Numbered from the stretch's first letter, positions 49,506 to 60,362 are shown. The stretch: DNA of 64,000 bases from an uncultured Prevotella sp. (GCA_905235325.1 CAJOLE010000012.1:5768-69767); one strand, 5' to 3'. Numbers and translations: made by a program. The notes: generated from the letters alone by a model not told the origin.

Positions 49506-50000
49506 TTAAAGGTCAGGCTTCCACAGCACGGTCTTGCCGCTAAAAAGTGAAGCCTGAACGTCAATCAGCCGCTGGTTGGAAGAGCCGCGGAACAGCAGCG
49601 ACTCGTCGCGCAGCGACTGGACGTAGGGGCCGTCGACGAGCACGTCGAGCTCGGCAAGCAGTTCGCGCTGGTCGTCCTGGATGAGACTCTCGAACGTGAA
49701 GCCCGTATAGCACCAAATGTCTTTCTGCGTGTAAGCATGGATGGCGCGCGCCAGTTCGGCGAAGCCGGCAGCCTGGTACATCGGGTCGCCCCCGCTGAAG
49801 GTGACGCCCCGCGTAAAGGGGTCGCTCACGATGGTTTGCATCAGCTGCTCGACAGTCACGTCACGCCCGCCGCAGAAATCCCACGACTGCGGGTTGTGAC
49901 AGCCGGGACAGGCATGGCGGCAGCCCGCACAGTAAATGGAGGTCCGAAATCCCGGACCGTCCACCATCGTGTCCTCTACAATATCTATTACCCGTATCAT
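49506..50000 (-). CDS. nrdG: Anaerobic RNR activating enzyme
   Basis: VDGPGFR, CRHACPGCHN, SGGDP, FRGSSNQR. Confidence 0.96.
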   Translation of the reverse strand: MIRVIDIVEDTMVDGPGFRTSIYCAGCRHACPGCHNPQSWDFCGGRDVTVEQLMQTIVSDPFTRGVTFSGGDPMYQAAGFAELARAIHAYTQKDIWCYTGFTFESLIQDDQRELLAELDVLVDGPYVQSLRDESLLFRGSSNQRLIDVQASLFSGKTVLWKPDL

Positions 50001-50018
50001 CCCATCACCTGTCACCCG

Positions 50019-52259
50019 TCACCTGTCACCAAACAAATCCTGCACACCGTGGTCGATGTGGGTGACGCGGTCGTGGAGCTCGGCCAGCTTGCCGGAGTTC
50101 CACCGGTCAGTGGTGCCGACGAGGTAGCCAGTGATGCGCTGGAGCTTGTCGATGTTCCTGCTGCCGCACTTGGGGCATACCTCCAGGTGGTCGGAGGCGT
50201 TCTCGAAGCCGCAGTCCATGCAGCGGTTGCGGTTGTGGTTGACGGAGCCGTAGCCCATGTCGAGGCGGTCCATCATGTCGACGACCGACATGATGACCTG
50301 CGGGTTATGGGTGGCGTCGCCGTCAATCTCGACGTAGAAGATGTGGCCGCCGCGCGTCAGGTTGTGATAAGGAGCCTCGACCTCTGCCTTGTGGCGTGCC
50401 GAGCACTTGTAGTAGACGGGCACGTGGTTAGAGTTCGTGTAGTAGTCGCGGTCGGTAATGCCGGGGATGGAGCCGAACTGCTTGCGGTCGCGCTTGGTAA
50501 AGCGGCCGGCAAGACCCTCGGCGGGCGTGGCCAGGACGGAATAGTTATGGTGATAGCGCTCGCAGAAGTCGTTGACGCGGTCGCGCATATAGGTGACAAT
50601 CTTCAGGCCGAGCTCCTGCGCCTCCTCGCTCTCGCCGTGATGCTTGCCGACAAGGGCGACGAGACACTCGGCCAGCCCGATGAAGCCGATGCCGAGGGTG
50701 CCCTGGTTGATGACCGACTCGACGGTGTCGGTGGGACCCAGCTTGTCGGCACCCACCCAGAGGCTCTTCATCAGCAGGGGGAACTGCTTGGCGAAGGCCG
50801 TCTTCTGGAACTGGAATCGCTCGTCGAGCTGCTTGGCCGCCACCTCGAGCATATTGTCGAGCTTGGCAAAGAACTGGTCGATGCGCTGCTGACGGTCCTC
50901 GATACCCATACACTCGATGGCGAGCTTCACGATGTTGATGGTCGAGAACGAGAGGTTGCCGCGGCCGACGGAGGTCTTCGGGCCGAAGCGGTTCTCGAAG
51001 ACGCGCGTGCGGCAGCCCATCGTGGCCACCTCGTGCAGGTAGCGCTTCGGGTCGTCGGCACGCCAGTCGGCATCCTGGTTGAACGAGGCGTCGAGGTTCA
51101 GGAAATTGGGGAAGAACCGCCGGGCCGTCACCTTGCAGGCCAGCTGGTAGAGGTCGAAGTTGCGGTCCTCGGGCAGGTAGTTCACGCCGCGCTTCTTCTT
51201 CCAGATCTGGATGGGGAAGATGGCCGTCTCGCCGCCGCCGACGCCCTCGTAGGTGGAGAGCAGGATCTCGCGCATGACGCAGCGCCCCTCGGCACTCGTG
51301 TCAGTTCCGTAGTTGATGGACGAGAAGACCACCTGGTTGCCGCCGCGCGAGTGGATGGTGTTCATGTTATGGATAAATGCCTCCATGGCCTGGTGAACGC
51401 GCCCCACCACCTTGTTGATGGCGTGCTGCTGGGCACGCTCGCGGCCGGTCAGCCCGTCGAGCGGCTTCTTGATGTAGTCGATCAACGGCTCGTCGTAGAG
51501 GTCGCTGAAGTCCTCGCCGCAGAGTTCCTCCATCGCCTTCAGCTCCTCGATATAGCTCAGCCTGACGTAGGGGGCCATGTAGAAGTCGAAGGCGGGAATA
51601 GCCTGACCGCCGTGCATCTCGTTCTGGGCGCACTCCATCGAGATGCAGGCCAGGACCGAGGCGGTCTCTATGCGCTTGGCCGGACGGCTGGCTCCATGTC
51701 CTGCTATGAAGCCACAGGTCAGTATGTTGTCTAACGGATGCTGGACGCAGGTCAGCGACTTCGTGGGGTAGTAGTCCTTGTCGTGGATATGCAGGTAGTT
51801 GTGCTCCACGGCGTCGCGGCTCTTCTCGCTGAGCAGGTAGTCGTCGACGAAGGGCTTGGTGGTCTCCGAGGCAAACTTCATCATCATGCCGGCGGGCGTG
51901 TCGGCGTTCATGTTGGCGTTCTCGCGGGTGACGTCGTTGTTCTTGATGTTGACGATGTCGAGGAATATCTCGCGCGTCTTCGCCTTGCGGGCGATGGAGC
52001 GCTGGTTGCGGTAGGCGATGTACTTCTGGGCCACGTCCTTGCGGCTCGACTTCATCAGCTCGATCTCCACCACGTCCTGGATCTCCTCCACCGTCATCCG
52101 GTCCTCGCCGCGCTGGGCGATGCGGTCGGTAATCTGGTAGAGCAGCCGCTCGTCCTCGCCCTTGTCGGTGTGGAGCATGGCCTTGCGGATGGCCGCCATG
52201 ATTTTCTGCTCGTTGAAGCCCACAATGCGCCCGTCGCGCTTAACTACTGTCTGTATCAT
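50019..52259 (-). CDS. nrdD: Anaerobic (class III) ribonucleoside-triphosphate reductase
   Basis: ATP-cone VVKRDG, HIHDKDYY, MGCRT, TPAEG, CxxC...CPKC, RITGYL glycyl-radical loop. Confidence 0.97.
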   Translation of the reverse strand: MIQTVVKRDGRIVGFNEQKIMAAIRKAMLHTDKGEDERLLYQITDRIAQRGEDRMTVEEIQDVVEIELMKSSRKDVAQKYIAYRNQRSIARKAKTREIFLDIVNIKNNDVTRENANMNADTPAGMMMKFASETTKPFVDDYLLSEKSRDAVEHNYLHIHDKDYYPTKSLTCVQHPLDNILTCGFIAGHGASRPAKRIETASVLACISMECAQNEMHGGQAIPAFDFYMAPYVRLSYIEELKAMEELCGEDFSDLYDEPLIDYIKKPLDGLTGRERAQQHAINKVVGRVHQAMEAFIHNMNTIHSRGGNQVVFSSINYGTDTSAEGRCVMREILLSTYEGVGGGETAIFPIQIWKKKRGVNYLPEDRNFDLYQLACKVTARRFFPNFLNLDASFNQDADWRADDPKRYLHEVATMGCRTRVFENRFGPKTSVGRGNLSFSTINIVKLAIECMGIEDRQQRIDQFFAKLDNMLEVAAKQLDERFQFQKTAFAKQFPLLMKSLWVGADKLGPTDTVESVINQGTLGIGFIGLAECLVALVGKHHGESEEAQELGLKIVTYMRDRVNDFCERYHHNYSVLATPAEGLAGRFTKRDRKQFGSIPGITDRDYYTNSNHVPVYYKCSARHKAEVEAPYHNLTRGGHIFYVEIDGDATHNPQVIMSVVDMMDRLDMGYGSVNHNRNRCMDCGFENASDHLEVCPKCGSRNIDKLQRITGYLVGTTDRWNSGKLAELHDRVTHIDHGVQDLFGDR

Positions 52260-52508
52260 TGTTTTGCCGTTGTTTTTATTTAGGTTTTGGGAATTGAGAT
52301 TGCAAAGATACAACTTTTCCTTGTAAGTTGTATGTTTCGGAAAACCTTTCTCACGTTAATAAATGTCAAACCTCTGGCATTCAGTAAGATACAAAATAAA
52401 AACGAAAACTTTGACAAAAGTTTCCGTCTGAAAGTTTTCTTTTTTGGTCAACCGTTGCAGTAAGTCAGCGAGCGCATCTTGCAGAAAGTCAGCCACATAT
52501 TACGCTGT

Positions 52509-52934
52509 CTATTTCGCAGAATAGGCCAGGGCGTAGGCGCGCATCTGCTTGACCATCGCCAGCAGACCGTTGGAGCGCGTGGGCGAAAGATGCTCGCGCA
52601 GGCCGATCCGGCTGATAAAGTAGAGGTCGGCATCGAGAATCGCCTGCGGCGTGTGGCCGGAGAGCACGCGGATGAGCAGGCTGACGATACCCTTGACGAT
52701 GAGGGCGTCGCTCTCGGCCGAGAAGCGGATGACGCCAGCGGCCTCGTCATAGTCGGCCTGCAGCCACACGCGGCTCTGACAGCCGTCGATGAGGTTCTGC
52801 TCGGTCTTGTACTTCTCGTCAAGGGGTTCCTGCTCGCTGCCTAAGTCGATGAGCAGCTGGTAGCGGTCCATCCAGTCGTCCAGACCGTCGAACTCTTCGA
52901 TTATCTCGTCCTGTATCTCGTTGATTGTTTCCAT
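52509..52934 (-). CDS. sufE: Fe-S cluster assembly sulfur acceptor SufE
   Basis: GCQSRVW, SDALIVKG, LSPTRSNGL. Confidence 0.95.
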   Translation of the reverse strand: METINEIQDEIIEEFDGLDDWMDRYQLLIDLGSEQEPLDEKYKTEQNLIDGCQSRVWLQADYDEAAGVIRFSAESDALIVKGIVSLLIRVLSGHTPQAILDADLYFISRIGLREHLSPTRSNGLLAMVKQMRAYALAYSAK

Positions 52935-53067
52935 TGCCGTTGTGTTTGGGTTGCAAAGTTACGAAGATTTCCCCGAAGCGCCAAACGTTTCGTTGTTTTT
53001 CTGCCACGCTTATCTGCCGTCATCCGCCGTCTTCCGCCTTGTCGCGGCGCCCTAGTTATAAGTGATG

Positions 53068-54318
53068 TCACGAAAGATGATCCTGCTGCTCTACCAGCTT
53101 GAAGAGCTTGTCAGAGGGGCGCACCTTGCCCGTGACGGCAATAGAGACGCGCGTGCCCTGCAGGGCCTCCTCGACGGCACCGTCGTCGTCGTGTATCTCC
53201 TGTGGCGTGACGTACATCACGCCCGTCGTCGGACCGGTAATGAGCAGCTTGTCGCCCACCTTGAATGTGTTGGCCTCGACGGCAAACTCCGCCACGCCGA
53301 GCTTCGAGTAGTATTTCGTGCCCTTGCCGATGTAGACCTTACGCTCGGTGGCGCAGGAGCCGTACTCCTTGTTCCACTCACCCATGAGTTGCCCCTGATA
53401 GTAGCCGTCCCAGAAACCACGGTTGAAGACGGTGGCGAGACGGCGGTCCCACTCGTCCTTGCGCTCCGTGGTGAAGGTGCCGTCGAGAACGGCCTGGATG
53501 GCCTCCTTATAGCACTTTACCACCGTATAGACATACTCGGGCCCGCGCGCGCGACCTTCTATCTTGAACACGCGGACGCCGGCCTGCATCATCTTGTCGA
53601 TGAAGCGCACGGTCTTCAGGTCTTTGGGCGACATGATGTACTTGTTGTCTATCTCTAACTGGTAGCCCGTCTCGTTGTCGGTCGCGGTGTAGCTGCGGCG
53701 GCACACCTGGATGCACTCCCCGCGGTTGGCCGAGCGGTTGGCGGCATCAAGGCTCATGTAGCACTTGCCCGAGATGGCCATGCACAGCGCACCGTGACAG
53801 AACATCTCGATACGTATCTGCCCGCCACCCGGACCGCAGACGTGCTCTTCGCAAACCTGCCGGTAGATGTCGGCCACCTGCTCCAGGCGCAGCTCCCGAG
53901 CCAGGACGACGACGTCGGCAAACTGGGCATAGAACCGCAGGGCCTCGATGTTCGAGATGTTCAGCTGGGTCGACAGGTGAACCTCCTGCCCTACCCGACG
54001 GCAGTACTGCATGACGGCCACGTCGCTGGCGATGACTGCCGAGATGCCCGCCTCCTTGGCGGCATCGATGATCTCGCGCATCAGCGGCAGGTCTTCGCCG
54101 TAAATGATGGTGTTCACAGTCAGATAGCTCTTCATGCCGTGCTCACGGCAGGTCTGGGCAATCTCGCGCAGGTCGTCGATGGTGAATGTCGAGGCCGAGT
54201 GGGCCCGCATGTTCAGCTTCTCAATGCCGAAGTAGACGGAGTCGGCTCCGGCCTGGATGGCGGCCGCCAGCGAGTCGCGGGAGCCGACGGGCGCCATGAT
54301 TTCATAATCCTCAATCAT
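53068..54318 (-). CDS. Peptidase U32 family protein (probable RNA hydroxylation enzyme)
   Basis: GADSVYFG, HLSTQ, HGALCMAISGKC, CIQVCR, FKIEGR. Confidence 0.92.
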   Translation of the reverse strand: MIEDYEIMAPVGSRDSLAAAIQAGADSVYFGIEKLNMRAHSASTFTIDDLREIAQTCREHGMKSYLTVNTIIYGEDLPLMREIIDAAKEAGISAVIASDVAVMQYCRRVGQEVHLSTQLNISNIEALRFYAQFADVVVLARELRLEQVADIYRQVCEEHVCGPGGGQIRIEMFCHGALCMAISGKCYMSLDAANRSANRGECIQVCRRSYTATDNETGYQLEIDNKYIMSPKDLKTVRFIDKMMQAGVRVFKIEGRARGPEYVYTVVKCYKEAIQAVLDGTFTTERKDEWDRRLATVFNRGFWDGYYQGQLMGEWNKEYGSCATERKVYIGKGTKYYSKLGVAEFAVEANTFKVGDKLLITGPTTGVMYVTPQEIHDDDGAVEEALQGTRVSIAVTGKVRPSDKLFKLVEQQDHLS

Positions 54319-54331
54319 TTCCCTGAACTCC

Positions 54332-54756
54332 TTATTTCCCTGTATCCCTCAACAAAAGCGCCCGGTCTTCGGCGGCCTCCATCTGTTCGCGCTCGCCGGG
54401 ACCTTTGTCGTTCTGGCCGCAGAGGTGGAGGATGCCGTGGATGATGACACGGTGCAGCTCCTCGTCGTAGTCCTTCCTGAACTTCTCGGCATTCGAGCGC
54501 ACGGTATCTAACGAGATGACGATGTCGCCGTTCAGCTGGTCGCCCTCGCAGTAGTCGAAGGTGATGATGTCGGTGTAATAGTCGTGGCCTAAATATTCGC
54601 GGTTGACGGAGAGGATGTGCTCGTCGTCACAGAACAAGAGTACCCCACCTCGCCTACCGTCTTATTATAGGTGGCTGCCACGCGGCGAATCCACGCCGTC
54701 GTCTCGCGGCGGCGAATGGCCGGCATACGGACGTTCTCGGTGCTATAGCTTATCAT
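54332..54756 (-). CDS. ybeY: rRNA maturation RNase YbeY; frameshift near 54638
   Basis: NREYLGHDYYTDIITF, GDIVIS, HGILHLCG; N-terminus MISYSTENV is in another frame. Confidence 0.9.
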
Positions 54757-55210
54757 TGGATTTTTGATGCTTTGGAAGAAATTCACTCACGTCGACACCG
54801 AAGTGCGAGAGCTCGCGCAGGGCACTGCTCGAGACGCTGGCCAGCTCGGGCTCGGTGTAGAGCAGGATGGTCTCGATGCCGCCCAGGCGACGGTTGAAGT
54901 CGGCCTGCCACTGTTCGTATTCGAAGTCACTGACCGAGCGCACGCCCTTGACAATGAACTGCGCCCCCTCCTGACGGGCAAAGTCCATGGCCAGGCCATA
55001 GAAGGGCTTCACCTCTATGGACGGTTCGTTCTGATAGAGTCCGCTGATGGCCTTGATGCGCTCCTCGACAGCACTCATGCCCGGTTTGTGGACGTTGTCG
55101 CCGACAACGCCTATCACCAGCCGGTCGAAAAGCGGCAAAGCACGGCGCACGATGGAATCATGGCCGATAGTAAATGGGTCAAAAGTGCCCACAAACAATC
55201 CTTTTCTCAT
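54743..55210 (-). CDS. coaD: Phosphopantetheine adenylyltransferase
   Basis: GTFDPFTIGH, KGVRSVSDFEYE, VSSS. Confidence 0.96.
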   Translation of the reverse strand: MRKGLFVGTFDPFTIGHDSIVRRALPLFDRLVIGVVGDNVHKPGMSAVEERIKAISGLYQNEPSIEVKPFYGLAMDFARQEGAQFIVKGVRSVSDFEYEQWQADFNRRLGGIETILLYTEPELASVSSSALRELSHFGVDVSEFLPKHQKSNDKL

Positions 55211-55259
55211 ATTTGCGGGCAAAGATACGAAAAATTAAGGGCAGAGCAAAGGGTTTTGC

Positions 55260-55481
55260 CTATTTTTTGCTCTTCCCCCCCTTAAAATACTCTTCCGATA
55301 AGTCTTTAAAGAAATCATAGTCCAAGATAGTTCCTATTTTCAGGAGCAATCCTGTGCTGATATCCTTCCGGCTGAAGATGTTATAGACGTTGGTTCGTTC
55401 ACAGTCGATTTCCCTGGCCAGCCAGGTAACAGGTTTGTGCCTCTGTTCGAGTACTTCTTTGATTTTTTTTCCGACGTGCAT
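55260..55481 (-). CDS. Small XRE/Cro-type HTH protein
   Basis: HVGKKIKEVL...WLAREIDCERTNVYNIF...ILDYDFF; AT-richer than its neighbours; own -7 element at 55537-55544. Confidence 0.85.
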   Translation of the reverse strand: MHVGKKIKEVLEQRHKPVTWLAREIDCERTNVYNIFSRKDISTGLLLKIGTILDYDFFKDLSEEYFKGGKSKK

Positions 55482-55612
55482 AGCTCGCTTTATTTAATTT
55501 TATTAAGTCAATTATTTTTGCTTGGTAATTGTGGCACAAAGATACTACAATTTCACATTATTTCACCATAAATTATGTGAAAAAGAATTAAAACTGCCAA
55601 AAGTGTTGAATG

Positions 55613-56647
55613 TTATTCGAATAAATTGGGCTCCATGATGTTACCCGTGTACGGATTGCGCCCAAAATGGCGATAAGCCAGCTCCGTCACCATGCGTCCG
55701 CGAGGTGTCCGTTTGATGAATCCTTCCATGATGAGGAAGGGTTCGTAGACCTCCTCAACCGTTCCGCTGTCCTCGCCGATGGCGGTGGCGATAGTGGTCA
55801 GTCCGACGGGACCGCCTCGGAATTTGTCGATGATGGTCAGCAGGATCTTGTTGTCTATCTCGTCGAGGCCGTACTGGTCGATGTTCAGAGCCGTCAGTGC
55901 CACCTGCGTAATCTTCGTGTCGATGCGCCCGTTGCCCTTCACCTGAGCAAAGTCGCGGACGCGGCGCAACAGGGCGTTGGCGATACGGGGTGTGCCGCGC
56001 GAGCGGCCGGCAATCTCGAGGGCGGCATCCTCGGTGATGGGCACACCTAATATATTACTGCTGCGCTCAATTATCTTCTGCAGCGTCTCGGGCTGGTAGT
56101 ACTCCAGGTGCATGTTGATACCGAAGCGCGCACGGAGCGGAGCCGTCAGCAGGCCGCTGCGCGTGGTGGCTCCTACCAGCGTAAAGGGATTAAGGTCAAT
56201 CTGGATGGAGCGGGCCGACGGGCCTTTGTCTATCATGATGTCGATGCGGTAGTCCTCCATAGCCGAGTAGAGGTACTCCTCGACGACGGGCGACAGACGG
56301 TGAATCTCGTCGATGAACAGCACGTCGTTCTTCTCAAGCGAGGTGAGGATGCCGGCCAGGTCGCCGGGCTTGTCGAGCACGGGGCCGCTGGTAATCTTGA
56401 ATCCCACGCCCAGCTCGTTGGCAATGATGTTCGACAGCGTGGTCTTACCCAGTCCCGGAGGGCCGTGCAGCAGGGTGTGGTCGAGGGGCTCGCCACGGTA
56501 CTTCGCGGCCTCGACAAAGACTTCCAGATTCTCCACAATCTTCTTCTGGCCGCTGAAGTCCTTGAAACTCAGCGGTCGCAACGCGTTCTCGAAGTCCTTC
56601 TCAACCTTGGAGTAACGCTCCTCGCGTATGTCGAAATCCTCGTCCAT
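55613..56647 (-). CDS. ruvB: Holliday junction branch migration helicase RuvB
   Basis: [38 protein letters not shown]. Confidence 0.98.
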   Translation of the reverse strand: MDEDFDIREERYSKVEKDFENALRPLSFKDFSGQKKIVENLEVFVEAAKYRGEPLDHTLLHGPPGLGKTTLSNIIANELGVGFKITSGPVLDKPGDLAGILTSLEKNDVLFIDEIHRLSPVVEEYLYSAMEDYRIDIMIDKGPSARSIQIDLNPFTLVGATTRSGLLTAPLRARFGINMHLEYYQPETLQKIIERSSNILGVPITEDAALEIAGRSRGTPRIANALLRRVRDFAQVKGNGRIDTKITQVALTALNIDQYGLDEIDNKILLTIIDKFRGGPVGLTTIATAIGEDSGTVEEVYEPFLIMEGFIKRTPRGRMVTELAYRHFGRNPYTGNIMEPNLFE

Positions 56648-56824
56648 CGTCACTTTCTATAGAATAGTAGCACCGAAAATGAGGCCGTGGTCTGTCCTGC
56701 CCCACTGCAACCGCAGATGATATAGGGATTTTTCATCATATTCGGTTGCAAAGTTAACGCTTTATTTTGAGATAACAAAAAAAATAACTATCTTTGTGGC
56801 CTGTTAACAAAACTGAAGAACAAA

Positions 56825-59293
56825 ATGAGGATAAGACTATTGACTTTTGCCTTACTCTGTGCACTGGCAGGGTACGCCCAACAACGACAGGAAATAACGC
56901 TGACCGACGACTGGCAGTTCTCACGCGACAAGCAGTCGTGGCAGACAGTGACCGTGCCCCACGACTGGGCCATCAGCGGGCCCTTCGACAAGAAGTGGGA
57001 CCTGCAGCGCGTTGCCATCGTGCAGAATGGCGAGAAGGAAGCCACCGAGAAGAGCGGCCGCTCCGGCGCGCTGCCCTGGATAGGCGAGGGCTACTACAAG
57101 CGGACGATTGCAATTCCATCAGACTTTTCCGGCCATGCCGAGCTGGTGTTCGACGGTGCCATGGCCGAGCCGACAGTCAGCGTCAACGGACAGAGAGCTG
57201 GCTACTGGGCTTACGGCTACAATACTTTCCGCATTGACATTACACCTTATATAAATAAAGGTGAGAATCTGTTAGAGGTAAGCCTGAAGAACCTGGAGGA
57301 GAGCAGCCGCTGGTATCCCGGTGCCGGCATCTACCGCCCTGTCATGCTGGTGCTGACCGACAAGCGGCACATTGACGACTGGAGCCTCACCGTGCGTACG
57401 ATGGGCATCGACGCCAGGAGAGACGTGGCCACAGTGGAGGTGGGTGTCCGCGTGGAAAACGTGGAGCCGGATATGCAGATGGTCATCGGCCTGCAAGATT
57501 CCGATGGCGACGGCGTGACGCAATCAGTCGTTCCCTCTGGCGACGGACACGTCAGCAAGACGCTGAACGTTCCGCACCCCAAGCTCTGGTCGCCGGAGTC
57601 GCCTTCTCTCTACACGCTTACAGTCAAGCTTATGAAGGACGGAAAGGACATTGACACCAAGTCCATCAAGACCGGCATCCGCACCGTCCGCGTATCAAAG
57701 GAGAAAGGTTTCCAGCTGAACGGCCAGACGCGCAAGCTGCGCGGCGTCTGCCTGCACCACGACCTCGGCCCGCTCGGCGCTGCCGTCAGCAAGGCTGCGC
57801 TCATCCGTCAGGTCAAGATCCTGAAGGATATGGGCTGCGACGCCATACGCACGGCCCACAACATGCCGAGCCAATGGCAGATGGACGTCTGCGACTCGCT
57901 GGGCATGATGGTCATGGCTGAGTCGTTCGATATGTGGCACCACGCGAAGTGCAAGAACGGCTACGCCCGCTTCTTCGACGAGTGGGCCGACAAGGACATC
58001 ACCAACCTCGTCCGCGCCAACCGCAACCACCCCGCTATCGTCATGTGGTCCATCGGCAACGAGATTCCCGAGCAGGGCAGCGAGATGGGGCGCCAGCTCA
58101 GCATCCATCTGCAAGGACTCATCCACTCGCTCGACCCTACGCGCCCCGTCACGCAGGGCATGGACAACGCCGACGGCTCCCTGAACTGCGGCATGGCTCA
58201 GGCGATGGACGTTCCGGGCTTCAACTATCGCATAAACAAGTATCAGAAGAACGTTGAACAGCTGCCGCAGGGATTTCTCTTAGGTTCAGAGACGGCCTCG
58301 ACCGTCAGCAGTCGCGGCGTGTATAAGTTCCCCGTCAAGGTGACCAACAACTCGCAGTATGCCTCATGGTCATCCTCCTACGACCCCAACGCCATCAAGA
58401 CGGTCGACGGCCAGTGCTCGAGCTACGACGTGGAATACTGCGCGTGGTCGAACCTGCCCGACGACGACTGGGTGTGGCAGGACGACAAGCCGTGGGTCAT
58501 CGGCGAGTTCGTGTGGACGGGCTTCGACTACCTCGGCGAGCCGACGCCCTTCGACGAGTACTGGCCCAGCCGCAGCAGCTACTTCGGCATCTGCGACCTC
58601 GCCGGACTACCCAAGGACCGCTACTACCTGTACCGCTCGAAGTGGCAGAAGGACGACCACACCATCCACCTGCTGCCCCACTGGACGTGGCCCGACCGCA
58701 AGGGAGAGGTGACGCCCGTCTACTGCTACACCGACTACCCCGAGGCCGAGCTGTTCGTGAACGGCAAGAGCCAGGGCCGCATCCGTAAGAACCCCGCCGA
58801 GCGGCTCGACCGCTACCGTCTCCGCTGGAACGATGTCAAGTACCAGCCCGGCGAACTGAAGGTCGTCGTCTACGATGCCGACGGTAACGCCGCTGGCCAA
58901 CAGACCGTCCGCACGGCCGGCAAGCCTGCCCGCCTCGACCTCTCCGTCTGGACCCAGTCCTCCCAGAACGCCCATCCAGCCCAGTCCCCCCACCTCACCG
59001 CCAACGCCGCCGACCTCGCCTTCATCACCGTCTCCCTCACCGACAAAGCCGGCACGCTCATTCCCGATGCCGACGACCAGCTGACCTTCACCGTCAAGGG
59101 TGCCGGGCGCTTCCGTGCCGTCTGCAACGGCGATGCCACCAGCCTCGAACCGTTCACCGAGCCTACGATGCGCCTCTTCAGCGGCCAGCTCGTCGTCGTC
59201 GTCGAGGCCGCCAACAAGCCCGGCAACCTGACGCTGACCGTCAGCGACGCTCAACGCAAGCTGTCAAAGACCATCATCATACCTGTCTTATGA
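56825..59293 (+). CDS. GH2 glycoside hydrolase (beta-galactosidase-like) with signal peptide
   Basis: VPHDW, SRWYPGAGIYR, GVCLHHDLG, IRTAHN, WSIGNE, WTGFDYLGEP. Confidence 0.92.
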   Translation: MRIRLLTFALLCALAGYAQQRQEITLTDDWQFSRDKQSWQTVTVPHDWAISGPFDKKWDLQRVAIVQNGEKEATEKSGRSGALPWIGEGYYKRTIAIPSDFSGHAELVFDGAMAEPTVSVNGQRAGYWAYGYNTFRIDITPYINKGENLLEVSLKNLEESSRWYPGAGIYRPVMLVLTDKRHIDDWSLTVRTMGIDARRDVATVEVGVRVENVEPDMQMVIGLQDSDGDGVTQSVVPSGDGHVSKTLNVPHPKLWSPESPSLYTLTVKLMKDGKDIDTKSIKTGIRTVRVSKEKGFQLNGQTRKLRGVCLHHDLGPLGAAVSKAALIRQVKILKDMGCDAIRTAHNMPSQWQMDVCDSLGMMVMAESFDMWHHAKCKNGYARFFDEWADKDITNLVRANRNHPAIVMWSIGNEIPEQGSEMGRQLSIHLQGLIHSLDPTRPVTQGMDNADGSLNCGMAQAMDVPGFNYRINKYQKNVEQLPQGFLLGSETASTVSSRGVYKFPVKVTNNSQYASWSSSYDPNAIKTVDGQCSSYDVEYCAWSNLPDDDWVWQDDKPWVIGEFVWTGFDYLGEPTPFDEYWPSRSSYFGICDLAGLPKDRYYLYRSKWQKDDHTIHLLPHWTWPDRKGEVTPVYCYTDYPEAELFVNGKSQGRIRKNPAERLDRYRLRWNDVKYQPGELKVVVYDADGNAAGQQTVRTAGKPARLDLSVWTQSSQNAHPAQSPHLTANAADLAFITVSLTDKAGTLIPDADDQLTFTVKGAGRFRAVCNGDATSLEPFTEPTMRLFSGQLVVVVEAANKPGNLTLTVSDAQRKLSKTIIIPVL

Positions 59294-59372
59294 GCTATGC
59301 AGACTCTCTCCTTGTCGCCTGCCGGCCAGCTACGCAAGGTCTGCTGAAGGAGTAGAAAAAGGCAAAAAACGA

Positions 59373-60362
59373 TTACGGCTGTTTCAGCATTTCCCGGCAA
59401 TCCTCCAGAATACGCATCAGTTCGTCCTTCGTCTCTGCCCGGAGCATGGCGATGCGAGTCTGGCGGAAGTTGGGAATACCCTTGAAGACGGGCGTGGCAG
59501 CCAGGTGGCGGCGGCTGTGGAGGATGCCCCGTTTCTCGGCCGAAGCCTCACTTTCCCCGGCTTTCCTGTTCAGGCTTATCCGCTCAATGTTGATGCGCAG
59601 CTGCTCCTCGAGGATGTCGATCTTCTCGTCGACGGTCAGCTGTTCGCGGCTGAATACCCAGGGCGCGCCGAACGTGGCACGGCCAATCATCACCGCGTCC
59701 ACGCCGTAGCGGTCGAAGGCCGCCTCGGCCTCGTCGAGCGACGTAATGTCGCCGTTGCCGATGATGGGGATGTGTATCCTCGGATTGCGCTTCACCTCGC
59801 CGATGAGGGTCCAGTCGGCCTGCCCTGTGTACATCTGCGAGCGTGTGCGGCCGTGGATGGTCAGTGCCTTGATGCCGCAGTCCTGCAGCTGTTCGGCCAG
59901 CGTGGTGATGATGAGCTGCTCGTGGTTCCAGCCCAGGCGCGTCTTCACCGTCACGGGCAGTCTGACCGCCTCCACCACCCGCTGCGTAATCTCCAGCAGC
60001 TTCGGGATGTTCTGCAGCATACCCGCCCCGGCTCCCTTCCCGGCCACCTTCTTCACCGGACAGCCGAAGTTCAGGTCGATGAGGTCAGGGCCGGCCTGCT
60101 CTACAATTCTCGCCGCCTCGACCATCGCCTCCGCATCGCGCCCGTAGATCTGAATGCCCACAGGCCGCTCCTCGTCGCTGATGGTCAGCTTGCGGATGGT
60201 CGTCTTCACGTCGCGCACCAGTGCCTCCGCCGACACGAACTCGGTGTAGACCATCGCCGCCCCGAACCGCTTGCACAGCATACGGAACCCCAGGTCGGTC
60301 ACGTCCTCCATGGGAGCCAGAAACAGTGGCCGCTCGCCAAACTCTATATTTCCTATCTTCAC
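59373..60362 (-). CDS. dusB: tRNA-dihydrouridine synthase (DusB-like)
   Basis: LAPMEDVTD, NFGCP, VKTRLG, IHGRT, GNGDI, MIGR; GTG start. Confidence 0.93.
   Translation of the reverse strand: MKIGNIEFGERPLFLAPMEDVTDLGFRMLCKRFGAAMVYTEFVSAEALVRDVKTTIRKLTISDEERPVGIQIYGRDAEAMVEAARIVEQAGPDLIDLNFGCPVKKVAGKGAGAGMLQNIPKLLEITQRVVEAVRLPVTVKTRLGWNHEQLIITTLAEQLQDCGIKALTIHGRTRSQMYTGQADWTLIGEVKRNPRIHIPIIGNGDITSLDEAEAAFDRYGVDAVMIGRATFGAPWVFSREQLTVDEKIDILEEQLRINIERISLNRKAGESEASAEKRGILHSRRHLAATPVFKGIPNFRQTRIAMLRAETKDELMRILEDCREMLKQP

Noticed and set aside
49737-51734. Long antisense ORFs (e.g. 665 aa opposite nrdD, 624 aa opposite the amylase)
   Set aside because: Shadow ORFs expected from high GC3 codon bias opposite well-identified genes.
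56706-56749. Imperfect inverted repeat tgcaaccg...cggttgca upstream of ruvB
   Set aside because: Short, single copy and overlapping the -7 element; no recognisable riboswitch or operator.
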